DNA of 64,000 nucleotides from Candidatus Aenigmatarchaeota archaeon (GTDB taxonomy: Archaea > Aenigmatarchaeota > Aenigmatarchaeia > GW2011-AR5). Under the pieces are notes generated by a model. It saw nothing but the letters and a program-made list of their open reading frames with translations, was not told the origin of the DNA and made no database searches. The first letter of the stretch is position 1; every line of letters begins with the position of its first letter. Of this stretch, positions 46,870-55,994 are shown piece by piece. The stretch is taken from NCBI GenBank assembly GCA_016187335.1, contig JACPJW010000001.1:320001-384000 (forward strand). Reading direction: 5' to 3'. The position numbers and the translations under genes are program-made.

Positions 46870-48039
46870 ATGGCCAAACTGGCCCAGAACTTTGCGAAGT
46901 ACTTAATCCATGCCAGGCTTCATGCCAAGGGCATTGTGGAAAAGCCAGACATAATCGGCGCGATTTTCGGGCAGACAGAAGGCCTTTTGGGAGCGGACAT
47001 GGACCTGCGCGAGCTGCAGAGAACCGGGCGGATAGGGCGGATTGAGGTGGATGTCAATAACAGCAAAGGCAAGTCTTACGCCGACATTTACATTCCTTCT
47101 TCTTTAGATGCTTCTGAGACATCGCTCATTGCGGCGTCAATGGAAACTATTGACAAAGTGGGTCCCTGCGATGCCGAGATAGAGATAGCAAAGGTTAATG
47201 ACGTAAGAACGCAGAAAAGAAAGTACGTTATCGAGAGGGCAAAAGAAATTTTAAAGGGAATGATGGACGAAGGCATGCCCGATACGCAAAAATTGTCCGA
47301 GATGATAAAGGAGTCCGTCCGTTCCTGGGAACTCTCGTCCTATTACGGGCTTCCCAGCGGCCCTGACATTCTGGAATCGGATGAAATAATCATTGTCGAG
47401 GGACGCGCCGACGTGATAAACCTCCTGAAAAACGGAATAAGAAATGTTATGGCAATCGAGGGCTCAAAAATACCGGACCCGGTGATAGACATAACGAAGC
47501 AGAAAACAATCATAGCTTTTCTGGACGGGGACCGGGGCGGCGATCTGGATTTGAAAAAACTGCTGCTGGTCGCCGACATAGATTACGTAGCCCGCGCAGA
47601 AGAAGGCAAGGAGGTTGAGGAGCTCACGAAGAAAGAAATATTCAAGGCGCTCAGGGAAAAAACCCCGGTTTATTCAGAGGCAGTTTTAACGAAAGAAGCC
47701 GCCGCCACTGACGAAGGCGTCATTGAGGAAATCAGCAGGGACGCGAAACAGCACTTTGGCAGCCTGCTGGAAGAGCTGACAGGCTCCAGGGCGGCTTACA
47801 TAGTTGACAAAAGCATGAAGGTGCTTGCAAAAATACCCCTCAGCGAGATTTCTGCCGTCATTGACGACTACAGGAATGTTTACGCGATAGTTTTTGACGG
47901 GAAAATAAGCCAGGACATAATTGAGATGTCGCTGCAGAAAAATATACCTTATCTGGTTGCCACGGACTACAAGGAAAAAATAACAGTGCCCGAGAGCATG
48001 ACGGTCATAACGCAGAAAGATTTGGAGCAGCAGGTTTGA
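46870..48039 (+). CDS. dnaG: Archaeal DnaG (primase/exosome-associated)
   Basis: KPDIIGAIFGQTEGLLG, GRIGRI, TOPRIM VEGRADV and DGDRGGD. Confidence 0.95.
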   Translation: MAKLAQNFAKYLIHARLHAKGIVEKPDIIGAIFGQTEGLLGADMDLRELQRTGRIGRIEVDVNNSKGKSYADIYIPSSLDASETSLIAASMETIDKVGPCDAEIEIAKVNDVRTQKRKYVIERAKEILKGMMDEGMPDTQKLSEMIKESVRSWELSSYYGLPSGPDILESDEIIIVEGRADVINLLKNGIRNVMAIEGSKIPDPVIDITKQKTIIAFLDGDRGGDLDLKKLLLVADIDYVARAEEGKEVEELTKKEIFKALREKTPVYSEAVLTKEAAATDEGVIEEISRDAKQHFGSLLEELTGSRAAYIVDKSMKVLAKIPLSEISAVIDDYRNVYAIVFDGKISQDIIEMSLQKNIPYLVATDYKEKITVPESMTVITQKDLEQQV

Positions 48040-48042
48040 TGC

Positions 48043-49011
48043 ATGTCGGAAATCAGGAAACGCCTTAAAAAGCTTGACGAGCTTGAAGGGAAAGTGGACT
48101 CAGTGCTTGTTATAAACAGGGAAAGAGACCCTAATTTTTTCTACCTGACGGGCCTGGACATAACAGGGGCGTTTTATTACGATTTCTCAGAGACGGTCAT
48201 ATTGACAAGCGAGATGGAAGCGGGACGCGCGCGGAAGAGCGGGGCGAAAAATGTCGTTGTCGTGAAAAAATTCGGGGAATTTCTGGGCAAGGGGCGCACG
48301 AGGAAAATAGGCATAGACGCGAAGGGCATTTCATTGTCAGCGTACAGGAGGCTGAAAATCCGCGGCATTGATATATCAGCTTATTTGTCAAAAATGCGCG
48401 CCGTCAAAAGCAGAGGCGAAATAAAAAACATAAAGGAAGCGTGCAAAATTGCTGCAAGAATCATGGAAAAAGCCGTCGGTGAAATCAGCCCGAAAATCAC
48501 TGAATGGGAGCTTAAGTCAGTGATAGAATGCGGAATGCTGAAAAAAGGCGTGGAGCCTTCGTTCCCGACGATAGTGGAAACCGCTGAAAACATATCGCCG
48601 CACCATGCACCCGGAAACAGAAAGCTGAAAGAGCCCGTCCTGATAGATTTAGGCGTGCGGTACAATGGCTATTGCTCTGACATAACAAGAACGGTGGGCA
48701 GCAGTTTTGAAAATATCATAGAAAAGGTCTTTGCCGAGGTTGAAGAAGAACTGAAGCCCGGGGCAGCTGCTGCAGATATCGACAAAAAAGCGCGGCAGGT
48801 TATGGGAAAATATTCCAGGCATTTCCTGCACAGCCTGGGCCACGGCATAGGCATAGAAGTTCACGAAAATCCCTCCCTGTCAAAGGCAAGCAATGACGTA
48901 ATGAAGGCTGGCATGACGTTTACCATAGAACCGGGCATCTACATCAAAGGCGGCATGAGGCATGAAGAGGATTATATTCTCACCGAAAGAGGAGCGGTAA
49001 AGCTGACATAG
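48043..49011 (+). CDS. Xaa-Pro aminopeptidase (M24)
   Basis: PHH, IDLG..YCSDITRT, HSLGHGIG..HE, TIEPGIY, RHEED. Confidence 0.93.
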   Translation: MSEIRKRLKKLDELEGKVDSVLVINRERDPNFFYLTGLDITGAFYYDFSETVILTSEMEAGRARKSGAKNVVVVKKFGEFLGKGRTRKIGIDAKGISLSAYRRLKIRGIDISAYLSKMRAVKSRGEIKNIKEACKIAARIMEKAVGEISPKITEWELKSVIECGMLKKGVEPSFPTIVETAENISPHHAPGNRKLKEPVLIDLGVRYNGYCSDITRTVGSSFENIIEKVFAEVEEELKPGAAAADIDKKARQVMGKYSRHFLHSLGHGIGIEVHENPSLSKASNDVMKAGMTFTIEPGIYIKGGMRHEEDYILTERGAVKLT

Positions 49012-49116
49012 TCCAGATTACGGGATAAGCCACGCGGTTCCATTTTGATAAAGAAAATAGAAAGAGATGCGTAGTAGAGAAGAGAAAGTCACGGAGCAGC
49101 TTAATCATTTCCCTTC

Positions 49117-49263
49117 TCAGTCGTCAAGCAGTTCGGGCCTTATTTTTGCAGCTTTCTTGACGTACACCACATCGCCGCATTTTCCGCATTGAATTTCCAG
49201 GAATTTTATCGTTTCCATCCTGACGTTCATTTCTTTGCCGCAACATTGCGGTAAATCGTTCAT
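49117..49263 (-). CDS. 48-aa Zn-ribbon microprotein (absent from the ORF track)
   Basis: MNDLPQCCGKEMNVRMETIKFLEIQCGKCGDVVYVKKAAKIRPELLDD; GAGGTGA RBS. Confidence 0.8.
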   Translation of the reverse strand: MNDLPQCCGKEMNVRMETIKFLEIQCGKCGDVVYVKKAAKIRPELLDD

Positions 49264-49522
49264 TATAATCACCTCTAAGCTTTTGCATATACCAAACAGA
49301 AGAAATAAAATTCAGGTCATCTTTCAGAAGAAGAAAAGAATCATCCCTTATCAGCGCTTCATTGTAGATGTAAAGCTAATCAAATTGGTTCTGACGTTAT
49401 ACCAGTGCTGATTAGGGCTCATAGAGCATACGACCTGTTAGACTACTTTATCCTAATTATCCTAAGGAGGGAAAGAATATAAATGCTTTTTGGTGCTGGC
49501 GGAGTGGGAAATCAGAAGAATT

Positions 49523-50041
49523 TTAGCTTATGAAAACTGTCTGCTCCCCTTTACCGTGAAGCGACCATGTTGATCCGTCTTCATCAACGGTGTAGATATG
49601 AGGCACGGATCTAGAACCATGGTAAGAAACATCTCTTATCTGATGCCTATAAGGGAATAGTGCTCTAGGAGAGACTATTGATAAATTCGCTTCCGGAAAA
49701 CGGGCTTGGCCAACCCTTCGTAAATTAAGAACACCCCAGTATAGGTCCCCTTGTTTGATAAACCAAAATTCTCCTTCTGCAGCAGCATGGCTTAGTGGGT
49801 TACTAAGCCACAAAGTTCCCCTGCCACTTTTTTCCATTTCGCGGTATTTTTCAGATGACCCAAGTCCTTCTTCCAGAACATCAACACCATAAACGTTCCA
49901 CCCCATCATTTTTTGCACTCTTTCAACTGGATAATAAGACACATTATCTAAATCTATTACAGCAAAATTTCCAGAAGTTTTTGATTTCCTAAGAATTCTA
50001 TCGGAGGTTTCAGTCACTGATTCTTGTCTGTCTATAGACAT
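49523..50041 (-). CDS. Hypothetical protein (AT-rich ORFan)
   Basis: 172-aa ORF; no recognisable motif. Confidence 0.6.
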   Translation of the reverse strand: MSIDRQESVTETSDRILRKSKTSGNFAVIDLDNVSYYPVERVQKMMGWNVYGVDVLEEGLGSSEKYREMEKSGRGTLWLSNPLSHAAAEGEFWFIKQGDLYWGVLNLRRVGQARFPEANLSIVSPRALFPYRHQIRDVSYHGSRSVPHIYTVDEDGSTWSLHGKGEQTVFIS

Positions 50042-50085
50042 GATTAAAGAATTGTTATAATCTTTAAATGTTTGTTTTCCGCAGG

Positions 50086-51249
50086 TTAATTCACAGCAAC
50101 CTTCCCGTTCTCCAGCAGTGCCGCGGAGCGGCCGTTAGCATAAGTCACTTCCACATTCACGCCCTTGTGCGTTATGAAGTCCCAGTGCAGCGCCGACGAG
50201 TTTGCGCCGCCGTAAGCCTTGTCCTTGTTCATGCCTATTGCAACATGGATTGTGCCGCCGATTTTCTCGTCCGTGAGCAGGTAGCCGATTATCCTGTCTA
50301 TGAGCGGGTTAAGGCCGATTCCAAGTTCAGCAAAATGCGTAGTCCTGATTTCCTTCTCGTTTTTCTTGTCAATAGCGATGAAATGCTTTATCGTGTTCTT
50401 CAGCAGCGCCTCGTTTTTTTCCGCGGTTGTTTTTTGTAAATTCAATTTTCCTTTTTCAAAAACTAAGCGGATATTCTCAATCATCTTCCCGGTAAGCACG
50501 TCCGTGCGCTTCGGAGAAACAAGGATGCCGCCGCCCTCAGTTTCCAGCGCCGTCGTGAAAACCTCGCCGTCAGGCAAATTCAGGCCTATGTCCTTCTGTC
50601 TTATGTCGTCATCATCTATCAAGCCGTCAGCAATCTTTATTTTCCTGTTCGCCATCCTCAGGGTAAGGTTCGTTCCGTATTCGTCTGTTATGTGGACAAA
50701 TTTAGCGCCTGCAAGGGTCTTTTTTATTATTTTTGCAGGCTCGTAAAGTTTTTTTGGCTCAATCAGCATCCCGTCAAAAATAAATTTTTTCAGCAAATTA
50801 AAGCTAATCCCGAGCTTTGCCGCCATCTCCTCTGTGGCGAAGCCCGCATAGCACCACTTTATTTCGTACCCGTCCATTTTTTTGCGGATAGGTCTGTTGC
50901 CCTGTATGACTGCGGCGATTTTGTGCTGCGGTATGTTTTCCATTATCCTGGGGTCCTTCGGGCTTTCGATGCGCAGGGTGTTGTCCAGTGCCTCAACCAT
51001 TTTCATGCCCAGCTTTGATGTCCTGCCGAGGTATTTTTCAGGCACGTGCTCGTATACGGCTTTTGTATAGTCATCGCTGGTTGTTGTAAATGAAGGCTGG
51101 ACCCCTGCCTTCATAGCTTCTATAGCAATGTTCTCTACAAGATCATGTGTATGCAGGCCGGCAGATATGCGCAGCGTTTCGTCTTCCTTCATGTTCATCG
51201 ATTCAACTATCCGCTTCGCCAGCCTTTTTCTCAGCGGTTTTGAAAGCAT
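50086..51249 (-). CDS. Aminopeptidase, M29 family
   Basis: NLPDGEVF, AELGIG, DEKIGGTIHVAIG, HWD. Confidence 0.9.
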   Translation of the reverse strand: MLSKPLRKRLAKRIVESMNMKEDETLRISAGLHTHDLVENIAIEAMKAGVQPSFTTTSDDYTKAVYEHVPEKYLGRTSKLGMKMVEALDNTLRIESPKDPRIMENIPQHKIAAVIQGNRPIRKKMDGYEIKWCYAGFATEEMAAKLGISFNLLKKFIFDGMLIEPKKLYEPAKIIKKTLAGAKFVHITDEYGTNLTLRMANRKIKIADGLIDDDDIRQKDIGLNLPDGEVFTTALETEGGGILVSPKRTDVLTGKMIENIRLVFEKGKLNLQKTTAEKNEALLKNTIKHFIAIDKKNEKEIRTTHFAELGIGLNPLIDRIIGYLLTDEKIGGTIHVAIGMNKDKAYGGANSSALHWDFITHKGVNVEVTYANGRSAALLENGKVAVN

Positions 51250-51282
51250 GCTTTTTAATTATCGTTCTAGAATATTAAGGTT

Positions 51283-52179
51283 ATGTCTCTGAGGAGCGCA
51301 TTGCTGTATTCGCTTAAAATCAAACGGAAGGATAGGATTCTGGTTCTGTATGATAAAAAACCCGGATTAGCCCGTATGTTTTCTTCTGCATTGAAAGGAT
51401 TTTCCGTTTCCATTGAAAAAATGAAACCCACGGGACAGCATGGGAAAGAGCCTGAAAAGCGCATCGCTGAGAAAATGAAAAAAAGCGATGTCGTTATAGC
51501 TTTAACAACCTTTTCACTTACGCATACAGCTGCTGTCAGGAACGCAAAAAAAACGAGGATAGCCTCGATGCCCGGCTTTGAAAGGAAAATGATGGGCGCC
51601 ATGCTGATCAATTACGAAAAGCTGAAGAAAGACACCATGAGGCTTTCAGGAATCTTGGAAAAAGGCAGCATAGTGAAGGTGATAACGCCTTCAGGGACAG
51701 AAGCTGAATTTTCCATAAAAGGATGCAAAATAAACCCCAGCTACGGCATTGTGGAAAAGGACCACGTAGTGAACCTGCCCGATGGCGAAGTGTACCTGCC
51801 GCCGAAAAGCATGAACGGCGTGCTTGTTTTTGACTCATATGGTAAGCAGATAAGAAAGCCCACAAGGCTGGTCATCAGGAATAACAGCATCGCCGATTTT
51901 GAAAAGAGCAGCTCCGGCAATTTCATGAAAAAAATCCTTCCCAAGAAAAGTGACCGTTTTGTTGCAGAGTTCGGCGTAGGCACTAACAGTGCGGCAAGAA
52001 TTATTGGCAATGTTCTGGAAGACGAAAAAGTCCTCGGCACATGCCACGTAGCCTTTGGAAACAACCTGGGATTCGGCGGCACGAACAGAAGCAGCGTGCA
52101 TATAGACGTCATTTTTCACAACCCGACGATATGGGCTGACAAAAAGCTCATAATGAAAGAGGGAAAACCGTTGTGGTAA
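51283..52179 (+). CDS. M29-like aminopeptidase (short)
   Basis: NLPDGEVY, AEFGVG, DEKVLGTCHVAFG, HID. Confidence 0.85.
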   Translation: MSLRSALLYSLKIKRKDRILVLYDKKPGLARMFSSALKGFSVSIEKMKPTGQHGKEPEKRIAEKMKKSDVVIALTTFSLTHTAAVRNAKKTRIASMPGFERKMMGAMLINYEKLKKDTMRLSGILEKGSIVKVITPSGTEAEFSIKGCKINPSYGIVEKDHVVNLPDGEVYLPPKSMNGVLVFDSYGKQIRKPTRLVIRNNSIADFEKSSSGNFMKKILPKKSDRFVAEFGVGTNSAARIIGNVLEDEKVLGTCHVAFGNNLGFGGTNRSSVHIDVIFHNPTIWADKKLIMKEGKPLW

Positions 52180-52243
52180 GCAAAGTCCTGCGGCATCCGA
52201 AACGTTTATGAGAATTGGCTTTAACTATTTCTTGCGTGTTGGC

Positions 52244-53608
52244 ATGGAAGACATTTCCCACATATTCCGCTCTTATGATGTCCGCGGCATCTACGGAAAG
52301 GACATAGACGAAGAAGTGATGAAAAGAATAGGCAACGCTTTTTCAGATTTTTCTAAAAACGCCGTCATCGGAAGAGATATGCGCTTATCAAGCAGGGGCT
52401 TATCAAAAGCATTTGCAGAAGGATTGACCGACGCCGGCGCCAGCGTTACCGATGTCGGGCTTCTTCCATTGGGGGTTGCCATGTTTCATGCGTGGAGGAG
52501 CAAGAAAGATCTGGCTTACATCACTGCATCCCATCTCCCGAAGGAATGGAACGGGGTAAAGTTCTTCCACAGCAATGGCCTTGGTTTCCTTGAAAACGAA
52601 AACCGCAAGATAAGGAATATTGTCGTAAAAGAAAAGCATTTTCAAAAACCAAAAGGCAGGGCGGTCGCGGAAAACAGCAGAAAAATAATCCATGATTATG
52701 TTTCTTATCTGGCTAAAAAAATGAAGGCAGAAAGGAAGGCACGCATTGCAATGGATTTCGGCAACGGCGCCGCAGCTTTGGCGGGGCACTGGCTGTTCAG
52801 GAAGTGCGGCTTTGAGGTTGTGCCTGTTTTTGAAAAACTTGACGGCACATTCCCGAGCAGAGATCCCGAGCCGCAGGAAGATGATTTGCTGCAGCTAAAA
52901 AAAACAATAGAAAGCAATAAATGCGACTTGGGAATTGCCTACGACGGCGACGGCGACAGGATGCTTTTAGTGAGCAATGATGGCAGGAAATTAAGCGCCG
53001 AGCAGGCATCGTACCTGATATTAAGCGAACTTCTAAAAAAACAAAAAGGCCCGATAGTCGCTAACATTGAATGCACAAGGCTTGTTGACCATATAGCAGG
53101 AAAATTCTCCAGGAAGGTCAGGAGAATACCCGTCGGGCACACCTTCCTTGTCAGCGAAACAAGGAAAAGCAGGGCATGTTTCGGCTTGGAAACTTCGGGG
53201 CATTACATTATACCTTCCGTCCTTCCCTTTGACGATGCGCTGGCAGTGAGCCTTTATGCTGCTTGCGCCTTATCGAAGAAAGAAAAATCAGCCGGCGAAA
53301 TAATAGATGAGCTTCCTAAATACTATTTTGAGCGTGTCAGCATGGAATGCAGCGACAAAAAGAAGTTTTTAGTTATTGATAGATTGAGAAAAAAATTCAA
53401 GGAGCAGTATAAAAAAGTTATGGCAATAGATGGCGTAAGGATTGACTTTCCTTACGGATGGGTGCTGATAAGGGCTTCAAACACGTCGCCGATGATCAGG
53501 ATGACGGTGGAAGCCGGCAGCAGCAGCGGTTTGGAAAAACTGAAAGCGGAATTCCTTGGAATGCTGCAGAAAGAAACAGGAAAAACAGGGATGATAAAAA
53601 ATGATTGA
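52244..53608 (+). CDS. Phosphomannomutase/phosphoglucomutase
   Basis: FRSYDVRG, ITASH, DGDGDR, ETSGH, RASNTSP. Start at MEDIS. Confidence 0.93.
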   Translation: MEDISHIFRSYDVRGIYGKDIDEEVMKRIGNAFSDFSKNAVIGRDMRLSSRGLSKAFAEGLTDAGASVTDVGLLPLGVAMFHAWRSKKDLAYITASHLPKEWNGVKFFHSNGLGFLENENRKIRNIVVKEKHFQKPKGRAVAENSRKIIHDYVSYLAKKMKAERKARIAMDFGNGAAALAGHWLFRKCGFEVVPVFEKLDGTFPSRDPEPQEDDLLQLKKTIESNKCDLGIAYDGDGDRMLLVSNDGRKLSAEQASYLILSELLKKQKGPIVANIECTRLVDHIAGKFSRKVRRIPVGHTFLVSETRKSRACFGLETSGHYIIPSVLPFDDALAVSLYAACALSKKEKSAGEIIDELPKYYFERVSMECSDKKKFLVIDRLRKKFKEQYKKVMAIDGVRIDFPYGWVLIRASNTSPMIRMTVEAGSSSGLEKLKAEFLGMLQKETGKTGMIKND

Positions 53609-54248
53609 GGCAATAATCCTTGCAGGCGGGATGGGCAAGAGGATGAGGCCTGTTACCGAAGACATCCCGAAATGCCTGGTTCCCCTGAACGGGCGCCCCC
53701 TGCTTGATTATCAGTTGGAGCGCCTGAGAAAATACGGCGTCAGAAAAATCATCATAGCATGCGGTTACAAGTGGGAGATGATAAGGCATATCTATGGAAA
53801 TTCGGTTTTGTACTCGGTTGAGGAAGAGCCGTTAGGCACGGGCGGCGCGGTGAAAAAAGCAATGGAACTCGTGGACGGCGAAGAATTCCTGGTAATAAAC
53901 GCCGACGATTTGAGCGACGCGGACCTGGAAGAATTTGTCAAGACAGGGAGCAACGCCACAGCTGTCGCGCGCTTTCACAGCAGCTTTGGCATAGTGGAAA
54001 TTGCCGGCGGAAAGATTACAGAATTCAGGGAAAAGCCGCTTCTTCCTTACTGGGCAAACATGGGCATGCACCTGCTGAACAAAAAAGTTCCTTTCAAGGA
54101 CAAATGCAGCCTGGAATACGATATCCTACCGCTGCTCGCAAAGCAAGGCTTATTGAAAGTATACCAGCACCACGGCTTCTGGCGCACGGCGAACACTATC
54201 AAGGAGCTGGAAGAACTGGAAGCGTTCCTCAAAGAAAAGACACTATGA
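53601..54248 (+). CDS. Sugar-phosphate nucleotidyltransferase
   Basis: IILAGGMGKRMRP..PKCL, PLGTGG, FREKP. Confidence 0.9.
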   Translation: MIEAIILAGGMGKRMRPVTEDIPKCLVPLNGRPLLDYQLERLRKYGVRKIIIACGYKWEMIRHIYGNSVLYSVEEEPLGTGGAVKKAMELVDGEEFLVINADDLSDADLEEFVKTGSNATAVARFHSSFGIVEIAGGKITEFREKPLLPYWANMGMHLLNKKVPFKDKCSLEYDILPLLAKQGLLKVYQHHGFWRTANTIKELEELEAFLKEKTL

Positions 54249-54602
54249 AATTTTCCTTATTTCTTCGGCTATTATTTCCAGCGAGTTTTTGTAAGAATGG
54301 ACTTTTCCTACGACAGCAATCTTGTTGCCGCGCTTCAGATTATAATAAGTCTCGTTGGCGCTGTTCTTGAACACAACAACGCGGAAGTCCTTGTCCTCAA
54401 GGGTTATGAAAATGTTGCCGTCCTTTATCGCAAGGGATTTTATAGTGCTGTTCAATGAAACTTCCTTTCCAAGATACGTGTCATCAATGACGGCCGCCGT
54501 TGTTTCCAGAGGCTTCATGCCTTCCGTAACAAAGAATAGCGCGGCAATTCCGATGACTGTGAATGCGAGCGATATTCTGGTTATGTTCACTTCAGTTCCC
54601 AT
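54243..54602 (-). CDS. Membrane-anchored OB-fold nucleic-acid-binding protein
   Basis: N-terminal TM; IFITLED..VVVF..G.KIAVVGKV..Y..EII. Confidence 0.75.
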   Translation of the reverse strand: MGTEVNITRISLAFTVIGIAALFFVTEGMKPLETTAAVIDDTYLGKEVSLNSTIKSLAIKDGNIFITLEDKDFRVVVFKNSANETYYNLKRGNKIAVVGKVHSYKNSLEIIAEEIRKIS

Positions 54603-55123
54603 GCCTTGTAGTCCTCGTAAACAGGTCCATTTGAGCTGAGAATAGATTTCTTCAGCTTTACCTTGTCTACGGTCATCGCGCCGATTTCAACGTTCTGGCT
54701 GTTCTTTAAAAAATCCATCAATTGCTCCTTCCCCCTGACAGACCTTACCCTTGCCAGGGTCAGGTGCGGTGTTATGTCACGTTCTTTTTCAAAAGGCGGG
54801 CACAGGGCTTGTTCAACGGCGTGCTGCAATGCATGCAGTTCCGGCGCGCCGAGCCAGACAACCCGTATGTAGCTAAGCGAAGGGAAAGCGCCCAGCCCCT
54901 TTACGGAAATCTCAAAAGGCTGCCAGTCTTTCAGTAAATCACCGATGACGTTTTTTACGTAAGATATCTGGTCATCACTTGCTTCTCCAAGGAATTTCAT
55001 TGTGAAATGCAGGTTCTCTTCTTCCACTAACTTCACATCAGCTACCTCGTTCAGTTGTTTTTGGATTTCCAGAGCAGCTGGTTTTAGTGCTTCATCCAGG
55101 TCAACAGCCAGAAAGCAGCGCAT
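54587..55123 (-). CDS. thpR: RNA 2',3'-cyclic phosphodiesterase (2'-5' RNA ligase)
   Basis: MRCFLAVD, LHFT, RVVWLG, PHLT. Confidence 0.93.
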   Translation of the reverse strand: MRCFLAVDLDEALKPAALEIQKQLNEVADVKLVEEENLHFTMKFLGEASDDQISYVKNVIGDLLKDWQPFEISVKGLGAFPSLSYIRVVWLGAPELHALQHAVEQALCPPFEKERDITPHLTLARVRSVRGKEQLMDFLKNSQNVEIGAMTVDKVKLKKSILSSNGPVYEDYKAWELK

Positions 55124-55270
55124 GTTTTAAGTATTGGGAAGCGATATTTAAAAGTAAACAAGAAAAATGAGAGACGTGAGGGTAATTCCCGCAGCCTGCA
55201 AAATTCTTCGTTTTCTGGCGGTTTTGGCAGCAAAAACCTTTTAGTATACAGTCGTACAAAGTATTTTTCA

Positions 55271-55576
55271 ATGGGAAGGAAAAAAGGCTTTGATAATCGG
55301 AAAATAGTGGCCATAGTGGGTGTGTTAGTCAGTAATCCGGACGGCTTATGGCTCAGGAACATAGCAAGAGAGACTAAACTACATCCATTGACTGTTTCTA
55401 AGTATCTGGATACGGTTCTGAGACCTCTGGTCGAAGAAACAAGCCTCAGGAGCGAGAAAAAGCCAATCTTGCGCGTGATTAAACTCAAGCCGTTTGTCCT
55501 TGAAAAGATGCAGGAAGGCCGGAACATACAGCAGATTCTTCGCATGCTCAAGCTTATGGAAAGCGTGAGAGAATAG
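55271..55576 (+). CDS. Winged-helix DNA-binding protein
   Basis: GLWLRNIARETKLHPLTVSKYL helix-turn-helix. Confidence 0.8.
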   Translation: MGRKKGFDNRKIVAIVGVLVSNPDGLWLRNIARETKLHPLTVSKYLDTVLRPLVEETSLRSEKKPILRVIKLKPFVLEKMQEGRNIQQILRMLKLMESVRE

Positions 55577-55631
55577 GAAAAGCAAGAAAATCTTGTTCTA
55601 AGACAGCTATTGTCTTTTCGAGTTTTAGCCC

Positions 55632-55980
55632 TTCACGTGAACTTCACGGCAACTTCATGAACATCTCCGTGAACTTGATGAACTCTTCGTGAAGGTCTGT
55701 GAATACTAAAAATTTTCCCTCACAAAATTCACTTTCTAGAATTATCAAACTCACATTCTACGTATTTACTCTAACTAAAACCCATAATGCTCTTCATAAA
55801 CCCTTCATATGAACTTCACCAAACCTTCATAAAACCTTCACGAACTTCACGGTGAATACATATGAAGTTCACGAAAATCACGTGAATTCACGAAGAAAAA
55901 AGCCAATTTCTGTGAAGGTTTTAGCCTTTTAGCATGAACAATTTGTGAACTTCACGAGCAAAAAGCATTTAAGCCGTGAA
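55632..55980. repeat. Array of 27 TTCAY/RTGAA pentamers in two blocks, partly at exact 11-bp spacing
   Basis: Counted by hand: 13 TTCAY + 14 RTGAA in about 350 bp; TTCAY at 55793/55804/55815/55826/55837 and at 55632/55643/55654. Confidence 0.9.
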
Positions 55981-55994
55981 GTTAATAGGTTTGC

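Noticed and set aside
49310-49485. Open frame HLSEEEKNHP...RRERI
   Set aside because: No start codon after the upstream stop and no recognisable motif; at most a gene remnant.
55632-55980. CRISPR array
   Set aside because: Units are 5-11 bp with no 25-40 bp repeats or unique spacers, and no cas genes are present.
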